The notes under the pieces are model-generated. The model was not told the DNA's origin. It did no database searches and saw nothing but the letters and a program-made list of their open reading frames with translations. From positions 248,001 through 312,000 of IMG/VR virus record IMGVR_UViG_3300031669_000001: a stretch of DNA of 64,000 nt; one strand, given 5' to 3'. Of the stretch, positions 10,455 to 18,788 are shown piece by piece; the stretch's first letter is position 1; every line of letters begins with the position of its first letter. A program made the position numbers and the translations under genes.

Positions 10455-11150
10455 TTAATCTGACTTTAACCCATAACGGAGAAGATCTGCTTTGGAAACT
10501 GTGCGCTTCCAGATAATGTTGGTAACTGTTGGACGATGCCGATCAGCGATGATCTCGACTTTAACGTGAAACCAAACATTATCAATCTTCTCGAACTTGA
10601 GACCATCAACTTCACGGCGTGTTGAGGCAAGCTTTTCCTTATGCTCGATCGCCCATCTTTTATTGCGAGCACGGTAAGATTCAGAGTTTTTGGATTTGCA
10701 GAGGATGCCAGAGATTGGATGAACGAAAAGATCACCATTGTTGATGGTAGATCCGCCGTTATAAGCGTCGCAGTAGCAGATGTAACCTGCATCGCTGATG
10801 TAGGTGTGGATCTCTACTTTATCGAGGAAGATAGATTTGAGATCGAGAGCTTTTGCTGCTGAGGTTTTGCAGATGGAAACTATCTCGGAATAGACTTCAT
10901 CCCAAGGTTTACCAACGCGAGATTCGATGAAACGTTTAGCTGTTTTATAGGCAAAGCGGTGTGATTTACCTTCCCAACCAACTTCTTTGGAACGGATAGG
11001 ATTGATACGACCAGAAAATTGATCGTCAACGTTGAGATCTTCATCGAGCTTGAAGTGCTTAGCACGGCGATAATCGTTAGAAAGGGTACGATAATACCCT
11101 ACACCAGCCCGAGCGGGCTCAGTGATAATTTTGGACATGTCATGACGCAT
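10455..11150 (-). CDS. Hypothetical basic protein
   Basis: 231-aa ORF with AAGGAG RBS and its own early promoter. Confidence 0.7.
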   Translation of the reverse strand: MRHDMSKIITEPARAGVGYYRTLSNDYRRAKHFKLDEDLNVDDQFSGRINPIRSKEVGWEGKSHRFAYKTAKRFIESRVGKPWDEVYSEIVSICKTSAAKALDLKSIFLDKVEIHTYISDAGYICYCDAYNGGSTINNGDLFVHPISGILCKSKNSESYRARNKRWAIEHKEKLASTRREVDGLKFEKIDNVWFHVKVEIIADRHRPTVTNIIWKRTVSKADLLRYGLKSD

Positions 11151-11229
11151 GATGTTTCTCCTTTAGGTTTAAATCGTCATGGCATTTCCTTTCTTAGTGT
11201 AGTTGAATGATTTATATTTAGAGATGAGC

Positions 11230-11258
11230 ATTATAACTTAGAATTTGTAGAATGTACA
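11230..11258 (-). promoter_or_regulatory. Early promoter
   Basis: TGTACA-N17-TATAAT. Confidence 0.7.
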
Positions 11259-11389
11259 CATTTATTGACATTATGGAAATTAAAGAAGAAGCATTTACAC
11301 CGTTATTGACATCTTGATGTAGAATGTACACATTTATTGACATTATGGAAATTAAAGAAGAAGCATTTACACCGTTATTGACATCTTGA
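11246..11389. repeat. Perfect 72-bp tandem duplication (2 copies), each with two TTATTGACAT boxes
   Basis: 11246-11317 is identical to 11318-11389; boxes at 11262, 11303, 11334, 11375. Confidence 0.95.
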
Positions 11390-11406
11390 TTGATAACCTA
11401 CTCAAT

Positions 11407-11428
11407 AAAAAGGGACCTTCGGGTCCCT
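11407..11428 (-). terminator. Intrinsic terminator of the thyX transcript
   Basis: AGGGACC-CGAA-GGTCCCT followed by a T-tract on the minus strand (cTTCGg loop on plus). Confidence 0.8.
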
Positions 11429-11527
11429 CGGTTTGCTGGCAAACCGTAATTGCACAATACGCGAAAGAATTTTACCTCTCTCCGTGCAACCGAAGGTTTA
11501 TTGTAACACCTCGGTGCCCATTGTACA

Positions 11528-12298
11528 TTATTTGCCAGCCAAATACAGCTCATAAGTGCGAGGGAACTGCTTCTGAATCAGTTCACCTACTGCATCTGCA
11601 TACTGACGAATTTCCCATTGAGCTGCAGGTGCCTGCCGCAACGTCAAGAATGCAAGCCAATTGCGAAGATTTGCGCTGGCTCTCATTCGAGAATAACGTG
11701 CAACAGGCACTGGAAGACGAGCGAGTTCCTTTGGAATTCCAGCTTCAATTCCCTGCTCATAGATCGATTGGCAATTTTCGTAGCAAATCTCAAGAGTTGA
11801 TCTCCAATCTTTTGCTTCCTGCTCAGTTAACGCCTTACCTGTTCCTTGAGCTTGCTTGTTGGTAGTTGTAGTGTTTGCACCTAACATCAATCGTTCGATC
11901 GAAGGGATGTAGTTCTCGTCTGGAAGAGGGATGTAGCGAGCTGACATCTCATTGTAGCTCTGCGTGCGATGACGGTGCCATTCACGGAACACGAAGATAG
12001 GAGCCTTGACTTCGATTACCATACCAGCCATTTCAAATGGAGTGGAGTGCTTGTTGTTGTAGAGGAAAGCAAGAAGCTTTTCATCTCCTGGAGTATCGTG
12101 ATCACACGTACAACGACGACTTATCGCCTCGAGGTGAGGAAGGTTGGAAGAGAGTCTACATGCCTTGGAATGATTTGGACCCCATCCAAGGAATCCTTTT
12201 CCAGTTGACATGCGTGCTGCCTCGATGATGCTTTCATCGCTTCCCCAATGATCGATAAAGCTAACGTAACCTTGGTCTAACACATCTAATTTCTTCAT
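11528..12298 (-). CDS. thyX: Flavin-dependent thymidylate synthase ThyX
   Basis: REWHRHRTQSYNEMSARY ThyX motif; HSTPFE; NLRNWLAFL; QWEIRQYA. Confidence 0.95.
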   Translation of the reverse strand: MKKLDVLDQGYVSFIDHWGSDESIIEAARMSTGKGFLGWGPNHSKACRLSSNLPHLEAISRRCTCDHDTPGDEKLLAFLYNNKHSTPFEMAGMVIEVKAPIFVFREWHRHRTQSYNEMSARYIPLPDENYIPSIERLMLGANTTTTNKQAQGTGKALTEQEAKDWRSTLEICYENCQSIYEQGIEAGIPKELARLPVPVARYSRMRASANLRNWLAFLTLRQAPAAQWEIRQYADAVGELIQKQFPRTYELYLAGK

Positions 12299-12594
12299 TT
12301 ATTTTCTCTCTTAAAGTGAATGTAAGTTGCTTCTATTCCATTTTTGCGCCGTTGGATTTCAATTTCAACGTCATATCTAGGGGTTACTTCTCCTAGGCTG
12401 ACTTCATCAAATTCCGTTGAAACCGCTTGAACTATGAAAGTCTCGTTGAAGTAATCAAATTCAATTCGGATTGGAATGATCTTTGCATAGATCTTTTGAA
12501 TGATAGCGGGATTTTGTTCTAGAATCTGATTTGTGTAGGCGATAGTTCCTATTCGCCTTTCAATGAGAACGTTTGAATCGAGTTGTAATGACAT
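12295..12594 (-). CDS. Hypothetical protein
   Basis: ORF with AGGAG RBS; overlaps the thyX start by 4 nt. Confidence 0.65.
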   Translation of the reverse strand: MSLQLDSNVLIERRIGTIAYTNQILEQNPAIIQKIYAKIIPIRIEFDYFNETFIVQAVSTEFDEVSLGEVTPRYDVEIEIQRRKNGIEATYIHFKRENK

Positions 12595-12635
12595 AAAATG
12601 ACTCCTTAGAATATAGGAGTCATTCTATCACAGAC

Positions 12636-12989
12636 TTACTTAGTTGAACATTTTTCCACGGTGGTTCGTGAACCCAACCTGAAAAATTGATTCCTGATAG
12701 CGATCGCTTCCTCGAAGGATAGTTCGCTCTTGATGACAGCTGGAAGCTGAGAGATGACATCATTAACCTCATTGAAATTCTGCCCATTGAGGTCTTTGAT
12801 TAGGTTGATGGTATTTAACGTGCTGTGCCCAAAGGAATGCATCAACACTTCAAATTTATTTTGAGAACTTTCATCAAGGAAAGCTTCATACTGCCTAGCG
12901 ATCGCTATCACCCACTCGCCTTGATTTCTCTCAACGTTGGGTGATAGAGTTTGGACAGCCAAGCTTAACGCCAGCTGCTTGTTGTTCAC
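12636..12989 (-). CDS. Protein with ribosomal protein bL12 (L7/L12) C-terminal-domain-like region
   Basis: NTINLIKDLNGQNFNEVNDVISQLPAVIKSELSFEEAIAIRNQFFRLGSRTTVE parallels the bL12 CTD pattern (VIK.VR.LTGLGLKEAK..VE..P..IKE.VS.EEA..IK..LEEAGA.VE). Confidence 0.6.
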   Translation of the reverse strand: MNNKQLALSLAVQTLSPNVERNQGEWVIAIARQYEAFLDESSQNKFEVLMHSFGHSTLNTINLIKDLNGQNFNEVNDVISQLPAVIKSELSFEEAIAIRNQFFRLGSRTTVEKCSTK

Positions 12990-13561
12990 ACAGATCCTTT
13001 GCCGATCAGCGAGTGATTGTAGCTGAGACCGTTAAACTTCCAGTCAAGACGCTTCGAGAGTTCCTTCTTCAGGAGGCCGAGGTCGGCGAGAATGGTTGTT
13101 TGTGTTTGTGGATCGTCGTTCAGCTTGGAGTCAGAGTAACGAACGGTGTTGCTGAGGATGACCTGAACTTTGACGTCAGTTCCACCGGAGTTGTACTCGA
13201 AGTCTGGAGTACGCACAGCGGACACGCGGAAGCCGCGACGATTTTTAACGCGTGACTTTTCAGCCCAGTGTTTTAACACTTCGCGAAGCGAAGATTTGAC
13301 TGCGCGAACTTCGAACTTATCAGTGATGCTCAACTTTACCTTGAGATCGACGATCTGCAGCGTGTCTTTTGGATCATGTGCTACCGAGATCATGCCGCTG
13401 AAGTCGGAGTCGGTCAGCATCGCTACGATCGCTTCAGATTGTGTTTGCGCGACACATTCCTTGAATGTTGATTTATCAGCGATGACACCTGTCGGTGAAT
13501 CGAAGCTTTCAACTTCGGCATCGAATCCACGGATCACGAAACTTTTCTTTGGTTTGCTCAT
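12986..13561 (-). CDS. Hypothetical protein
   Basis: 191-aa ORF, 4-nt overlap with the downstream gene. Confidence 0.65.
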   Translation of the reverse strand: MSKPKKSFVIRGFDAEVESFDSPTGVIADKSTFKECVAQTQSEAIVAMLTDSDFSGMISVAHDPKDTLQIVDLKVKLSITDKFEVRAVKSSLREVLKHWAEKSRVKNRRGFRVSAVRTPDFEYNSGGTDVKVQVILSNTVRYSDSKLNDDPQTQTTILADLGLLKKELSKRLDWKFNGLSYNHSLIGKGSV

Positions 13562-13612
13562 TTTCTTTTTTCCTTTTGCTAGGTTGTACTACGAAATTTT
13601 CTCATTTAATGC

Positions 13613-14077
13613 TCATTTTGCCCTATACCCTACTCTTAGATTTGCAGGAACGTGAGACATGATCCACTTGTCCATACCATTTCCCACCTTTTCACCAATT
13701 TGATCCATTTCAAACACAGCGAATCCATCCATCTCTGGAAAGTTAGGACCTTTCAGATTCTCTACCATTGAGATACACTTCATGATCCGAGTGTCGATCT
13801 TTTCAACCTCGATGTAATAGAGGTGAAGGTCTTTCTTATTATCGTAATCGTGCTGACCGAGATCGATTACCGAATCGATACCAAAGAAGATTTCCAAACC
13901 TGTCTCTTCAAATAGTTCACGCTTCGCAGCTGCGAAGTGATCTTCACCTTCATCAGCGGCACCTTTTGGAAGATCCCACCTATTTCCAGTGTTTGTTGGA
14001 TGACAGAGTAGCCAGCCGCTAGGAAAACCGTTCTTTGTTTCTGCTATGATGAATCCACAACTGCATTTATTTTTCAA
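13613..14077 (-). CDS. nudE: Nudix hydrolase, T4 NudE-like
   Basis: RWDLPKGAADEGEDHFAAAKRELFEETG Nudix box; KDLHLY and PEMDGF segments as in NudE. Confidence 0.85.
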   Translation of the reverse strand: MKNKCSCGFIIAETKNGFPSGWLLCHPTNTGNRWDLPKGAADEGEDHFAAAKRELFEETGLEIFFGIDSVIDLGQHDYDNKKDLHLYYIEVEKIDTRIMKCISMVENLKGPNFPEMDGFAVFEMDQIGEKVGNGMDKWIMSHVPANLRVGYRAK

Positions 14078-14103
14078 GATGATCTTTCTTTAGAATTTCG
14101 TCT

Positions 14104-14132
14104 ATTATATCACAAGTAGAATTCAATGTTAA
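14104..14132 (-). promoter_or_regulatory. Early promoter
   Basis: TTAACA-N17-TATAAT with TGTGA extension. Confidence 0.7.
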
Positions 14133-14139
14133 CTTTCTT

Positions 14140-14328
14140 TCATGAAGTCTGCCTATAGTCTTCTGGCGCCAACACTTCATTGAGACTACTCAAGACGAAA
14201 TCTTCAACCTCTACCAGATGCTGATCAACTTGCTTAAGAAGATCTTGCGCGGCCTCTTCAGAAACACAATGTCCACTTAAGCCAGACATCGAGATGATAT
14301 TTCGAATTGCTGCAATGTTGTCTCTCAT
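14140..14328 (-). CDS. Hypothetical protein
   Basis: 62-aa ORF, ATGA overlap with the upstream gene. Confidence 0.55.
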   Translation of the reverse strand: MRDNIAAIRNIISMSGLSGHCVSEEAAQDLLKQVDQHLVEVEDFVLSSLNEVLAPEDYRQTS

Positions 14329-14579
14329 CCGAAGATGTTCTCACAGATGTCACAAAGGTCGAAGAATGGATCTCGTCTGATTTCTTTTGAATCAGGCAGC
14401 GCCATCCAAAATGTATTCAACATCGAGACAAGTTTGTCATCGTCAAATTCACTCTGATCAATAGACGCGGTGCTCATGTTATACTTACCCAAGACCTTCA
14501 GGTATAGATCGATGTAATACTTTTCCGAGAAGATCTTATCTTGAAGGTTTATTGCAGCTCGTTGAATTTCTGTAGTCAT
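14325..14579 (-). CDS. Hypothetical protein
   Basis: 84-aa ORF coupled to the PARP stop. Confidence 0.6.
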   Translation of the reverse strand: MTTEIQRAAINLQDKIFSEKYYIDLYLKVLGKYNMSTASIDQSEFDDDKLVSMLNTFWMALPDSKEIRRDPFFDLCDICENIFG

Positions 14580-15922
14580 TATTTTTCCTCGAACTCGATG
14601 AGGTATCGAATGTTGACTTGACTGTTTCGATACACTATCATCTCATTGTTCATCACACCGCTCTTGCCAGCTTCTGCAAATGTAGAATCATAACCAGCTT
14701 TTGGCAGTGACTCATAAGAGCTCCGGGGTGTGTAATGTTTACCCATTGCGAAGTCGACTAAGAACATGAAGCAGTTCTTGTCTGTCGCACCGCGATCCCA
14801 ATAACCACGCGCGTAGTTCAACGCCTTGGTAGACTGATCTGAACCGTAGATACCATCGCCGAACATCCGGCCTGTTACCTGGAACGAACCACTCTTTGGT
14901 GGGCAGAAGAGACCGCTCTTCAGGATCGACAGCACGTTGAACACGCGAGTACCGTGCCAAAGCATTTGAATGTTTGGCAGCTTAGCACCATCTTTATCAA
15001 ATGCAGCTTTGCGCTCTGACATGTTCACTTCGTAGAAGCGAATCGGCTTCATGTTCTTTGACTCATGCCGATTGTTGATGCTGTCAAAGAACATTTTTTC
15101 AATCTTTGCAATCATGATCTTATCGCTGAGAATCTTCAAGTCTGCGTTGAAGATATTTGGAGTTGTAGCGAGAGTCGTTTGAACTGCAGAGGTCTTCGCA
15201 GCAGTAACGCGAGCTTCGGCGAGATCAGCAGATGCATCCAATTGATCGAGTAGGGTGCTTTGACTCTGCAGCGTGTTGTGACCTGAGAAGAATTCTTTGT
15301 GCCAGCCGCGCCGATGCCCGACTGTCTGAGGAACGAGCATCAAGTAAGTATTGAGGTTCTCGATGAATTGCTTGTCATCAAACTTTTGCTTCGCGACAAA
15401 CTTGTCCATCGCGTCGAGGGTTGCACGTGCCTGTTTCACGGTGTCCTTAGTGATCACGCCGATTGGAGTTGAAATGATACCTGTCGTCAAGTCGATGTCC
15501 ATCTGACCACCAGAAGCTTTGACCAACTCATGTCTGTTAGCTTCGACGAGACGTTCGATAAGCTTTGATAGCTCAGTGTCACCGCCGCCGAGTTGTTGCT
15601 TGGCAGCTTCACGAACAACGGCCTTAGACATAGCAGGCCCTGTAGGAGCGATGTCAGCTTTCTCAGCGAGGATGGCGATTTCACGGTATGGCGGCTTGTA
15701 GGTTGCAGAACCTTCTTTACCGCTTCCCTTCAGCTTTTCGCGAATTTTTGCATCGAGCTGCTTGCGCGTCATATGCTTTGGATCATCTTCATTGCGAGTC
15801 TTTCCAACTCGACCGTAGATAACGGTAACCATCTCAGTGTCAGTGTCGTACTTGTATTCCCAGAACTTGTTGTTGTTGTTAAGCGCGTCGGCGCACACGA
15901 ATTTCTTATGTTCGATTGTCAT
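14579..15922 (-). CDS. Poly(ADP-ribose) polymerase-like protein (WGR + regulatory + catalytic domain)
   Basis: N-terminal NNNKFWE...YGRVG (WGR-like); catalytic H-Y-E triad in LWHGT, FGDGIYGS...KALNY and NNEMIVY; terminal YLIEF. Confidence 0.9.
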   Translation of the reverse strand: MTIEHKKFVCADALNNNNKFWEYKYDTDTEMVTVIYGRVGKTRNEDDPKHMTRKQLDAKIREKLKGSGKEGSATYKPPYREIAILAEKADIAPTGPAMSKAVVREAAKQQLGGGDTELSKLIERLVEANRHELVKASGGQMDIDLTTGIISTPIGVITKDTVKQARATLDAMDKFVAKQKFDDKQFIENLNTYLMLVPQTVGHRRGWHKEFFSGHNTLQSQSTLLDQLDASADLAEARVTAAKTSAVQTTLATTPNIFNADLKILSDKIMIAKIEKMFFDSINNRHESKNMKPIRFYEVNMSERKAAFDKDGAKLPNIQMLWHGTRVFNVLSILKSGLFCPPKSGSFQVTGRMFGDGIYGSDQSTKALNYARGYWDRGATDKNCFMFLVDFAMGKHYTPRSSYESLPKAGYDSTFAEAGKSGVMNNEMIVYRNSQVNIRYLIEFEEK

Positions 15923-16100
15923 GCTGCTTCCTTGAGTTTGATTGATAAGATAACGCTGCGATCATACGCGATAGCCACTTTATTTCTGGCCTCTTTTCAG
16001 AGTATGCAGCACGAATTAAAGTCCTGACACCCATCAATCGCTTGTTTATCGCATCAAATTCTCTGAACTTTATTTCAAAATTGTCTGGATTGTTATTCAT
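15906..16100 (-). CDS. Hypothetical protein (start MNNNPD)
   Basis: Fills the gap between neighbours with short overlaps. Confidence 0.5.
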   Translation of the reverse strand: MNNNPDNFEIKFREFDAINKRLMGVRTLIRAAYSEKRPEIKWLSRMIAALSYQSNSRKQHDNRT

Positions 16101-16485
16101 CGTCACTTCCCTTCTTAATCGCATCCTCGATTTTATCCCAGCTGGATCCGATTAACACCATGCTGAGAATGACGATCACTCCTAAGAACCAATGGTCGTA
16201 CCATACGAGAACTCCAGCGAGCACCAAGTCGGTGTAGTTGAACAGCTTTGACAACTTTGAACGTGAAGATTTAGCCTTGACTAACATCTCCTTGCCCGTG
16301 TCAGTGGTGATCGCGATGCTGCTGAAGAATAATATCCAGATAAAAAACACCATCAAGTTGTAAGCGCCTGCAACATTCTTGACAATTGCAAAGTAGACCA
16401 GCACCCACATGATAACGTTGTAGACTGTCTGTTTTAGTTCTCTCATTTGTTTTCCTTTGGAAATTGTAAACGCGTCATTCATCAA
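16093..16485 (-). CDS. Hypothetical membrane protein
   Basis: 3-4 hydrophobic segments. Confidence 0.65.
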   Translation of the reverse strand: MMNDAFTISKGKQMRELKQTVYNVIMWVLVYFAIVKNVAGAYNLMVFFIWILFFSSIAITTDTGKEMLVKAKSSRSKLSKLFNYTDLVLAGVLVWYDHWFLGVIVILSMVLIGSSWDKIEDAIKKGSDDE

Positions 16486-17701
16486 GCTCCGCGGTGGTCT
16501 GCAAAAGGTTCAATTGACGTAAGCCAAATTGTTCACGTAGGTAGTTGCGTTCGTAGAAGCCATTGTAGTCTGGCTCCTTGCCGTCCTTCTTGTTCATGAT
16601 CAGCTTGAAGAAAGGATGGTTGTAGCCTTGCGAACCGTAAAGCAACGCAAGCTCTTTCTTTGTCTTGTTACAAACAAGTTCAAAGATGTCATTGACTGTC
16701 CAGATGATCGCATCTATCTCAGCAACCACTCGAGTTTCGATGGCGTTGATCTCGGTGATATCGCAACCTTCACCAACCAGTACCGACTTTAAGTCATCCA
16801 GAGTTTCATTCAACACCATCTCAGCGATGTCACGTTCGCGCAGGAAGGTCATTGCTTTGTGACGCTCCATGTACCAAGCAGTTTTTACCTTCAACATTTC
16901 ACCGCTTTCAAACTGAACTACTACGCCTTCAACATCTGTAGTTTCTTCAATGTAGCGCTTAACGCCCTCGGGATTGTCAAACATCTTCTTGAGGTGATCG
17001 AGTTCAGTTACAACAGGGATATAAAACGATTTTGCAGTTACTTCCAACTCTGCGGTCTTAAAGTATTCACCTGTAACGTTGTGACGAATGTGCAACAAGG
17101 TCAATGAATCGTGCTTGTAACCTATGACTATCCGTGCAACTGGGGAAGTCCACTCGAAGATAGCAGTGAGATCATTCTCAACGCACCAATTGCAAAAATC
17201 GCCGTAGCGTGGATAGGCAAAGGAGGAAGAGAGGAGAAAGGAAGGAGAAGGAGTTGCAGTTTCAGCTAACATCAAGAAGCCCTTAGCTTGGTGTGCAACG
17301 TCAGACACGTAGCTCTTCTTTGACTTTAAATCAAAGTTGAGGTTACTTGGCCATAATTTGTCTGTATTCTTTACAGCGACTGTGTGGATCATTGAACCGT
17401 CGCGCTTGTCCATCACGCGAACAACCTTGGACCAGTCGATATTCTCAAAGAGCACATCTTGATTCTGATTCAGGTTGCTAAATTTGTGAAGTGGGCGGGC
17501 AATTACTTTGCCGTCTTTGAATACGATGCCGCGAGCTTCACGAGAGTACATCTCGTCGAAGGTACCATCGCAAGAGACGATGTAGGAACAAACGACAGTT
17601 CCATTATCTTGGTCCATGAAGCGAATTTCAGGCTTGTGAGCGACAGCCTGACGCATTGCCAAGTCATCAGTAAGAACTGGAAATACCAAATCGTTGCTCA
17701 T
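16475..17701 (-). CDS. rnlA: RNA ligase 1 (T4 Rnl1-like)
   Basis: EARGIVF, RPLHKFSNLN, motif I KRDGSMI, FEWTSP..RIV, EGVVVQF...LKVKTAWY. Confidence 0.9.
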   Translation of the reverse strand: MSNDLVFPVLTDDLAMRQAVAHKPEIRFMDQDNGTVVCSYIVSCDGTFDEMYSREARGIVFKDGKVIARPLHKFSNLNQNQDVLFENIDWSKVVRVMDKRDGSMIHTVAVKNTDKLWPSNLNFDLKSKKSYVSDVAHQAKGFLMLAETATPSPSFLLSSSFAYPRYGDFCNWCVENDLTAIFEWTSPVARIVIGYKHDSLTLLHIRHNVTGEYFKTAELEVTAKSFYIPVVTELDHLKKMFDNPEGVKRYIEETTDVEGVVVQFESGEMLKVKTAWYMERHKAMTFLRERDIAEMVLNETLDDLKSVLVGEGCDITEINAIETRVVAEIDAIIWTVNDIFELVCNKTKKELALLYGSQGYNHPFFKLIMNKKDGKEPDYNGFYERNYLREQFGLRQLNLLQTTAELDE

Positions 17702-17727
17702 CTTTGCTCCAATCTTTAAGATGAGTC

Positions 17728-17756
17728 ATTATATCACCAGTCCTACTGAAAGTAAA
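17728..17756 (-). promoter_or_regulatory. Early promoter
   Basis: TTTACT-N17-TATAAT. Confidence 0.85.
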
Positions 17757-17875
17757 CAGTTATATGTAGTTTATTCGTTATCCATGATGAAACGTGGGTA
17801 ATAATGATAATCTACAAATGTCATCTTTGATAAGATTTTTGATAGTCCAATATGATCACTTAGTGGATGCATACA

Positions 17876-17906
17876 AACTTTCGCAGGATATTTTCCTGCG
17901 AAAGTT
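17876..17906. terminator. 13-bp inverted repeat, probable terminator
   Basis: aactttcgcagga-tattt-tcctgcgaaagtt, downstream of the 17932 microprotein. Confidence 0.6.
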
Positions 17907-17931
17907 GAATTATAAATGATGTAACAAAACA

Positions 17932-18003
17932 TTATTTTGCAGGAACTGGTTGTTTCTTTGGCTTTTTCTTTTCTTTGGTGCTGCGTTGTTGACCTTTTGC
18001 CAT
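17932..18003 (-). CDS. 23-aa lysine-rich microprotein MAKGQQRSTKEKKKPKKQPVPAK
   Basis: Below the ORF-track cutoff; GAGGA RBS 7 nt upstream; starts 2 nt after the nuclease stop. Confidence 0.7.
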   Translation of the reverse strand: MAKGQQRSTKEKKKPKKQPVPAK

Positions 18004-18005
18004 GA

Positions 18006-18779
18006 TTATTTCCTCTTTTGTTTTGCTTGTATTAACCAAGCTTGATAGTTAGCAACTGTGGTTTTGTCGAGACTTGGATCAAACTTGATTCCAGTAACAG
18101 CTTCAATCGCCTCCAAGTTTACAACAAATTTTGATAGGTCGTGTTCAGGCTCGTTAGGCATCATGAATGCGATTGACTTTCCAGTCTGAGCATCGATCAT
18201 GATCTTCCACAGTGAGCTTGGAACCCAAACTTTATCCTTACCGATCGTAGGTGGATTGATGGTCTTGTAGACTGGACCTGTGATGACGTAGACACCAGCT
18301 GGATGGCTCTTCGTGTAGCCTCGAATGTAAGTTTCCATTTGCTTCCAGATAACCTCATTGTTTTTGTAATTTTGAGGCACCATGTTGGACATGAAGAACG
18401 ACTCATGAACGCAAACTTCACACGCGCTGAAGTCTTGATCTGGGGTCATGTGACCGCGATCGCATCTTCCGCCGTTACACATGGAATGCACGTAATCTTT
18501 TGGAGAAGATTGATGACTTGGATCGATGGCTGGATCTACTCTAAAGTCATTGCTTCTCTTCATCTTTCCAGTGTGATTAGCTGCGAGAAATTCAGTCGTG
18601 TAGATAGGATTTCTGCTCGTCCAAGAGTAGGCGACGGCGTATTCTTTGTGGCAGATATACTGGTCAGCGTTGATAACTGGGGCTGACTTGTAAGTTAGCT
18701 GTTTGCAGGAATCATCAATAGGATTTGCAAACGCGGTGGTTGCTGCAAGCAGCAAGAATAGAGAAAGTAGTTTCTTCAT
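18006..18779 (-). CDS. Exported DNA/RNA non-specific endonuclease (NucA/Serratia-type)
   Basis: Signal peptide MKKLLSLFLLLAATTAFA; DRGHMTP active-site motif; SFFMSNMVPQ; YVITGP. Confidence 0.9.
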   Translation of the reverse strand: MKKLLSLFLLLAATTAFANPIDDSCKQLTYKSAPVINADQYICHKEYAVAYSWTSRNPIYTTEFLAANHTGKMKRSNDFRVDPAIDPSHQSSPKDYVHSMCNGGRCDRGHMTPDQDFSACEVCVHESFFMSNMVPQNYKNNEVIWKQMETYIRGYTKSHPAGVYVITGPVYKTINPPTIGKDKVWVPSSLWKIMIDAQTGKSIAFMMPNEPEHDLSKFVVNLEAIEAVTGIKFDPSLDKTTVANYQAWLIQAKQKRK

Positions 18780-18788
18780 ATTGTACCT

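Noticed and set aside
11246-11389. CRISPR-like mini-array
   Set aside because: The two units are fully identical with no unique spacers, and no cas genes are seen; treated as a tandem duplication.
11386-11865. 159-aa plus-strand ORF opposite thyX, and similar antisense ORFs over topoisomerase, nadV and PARP
   Set aside because: They overlap well-supported minus-strand genes, lack RBS and motifs, and have atypical composition.
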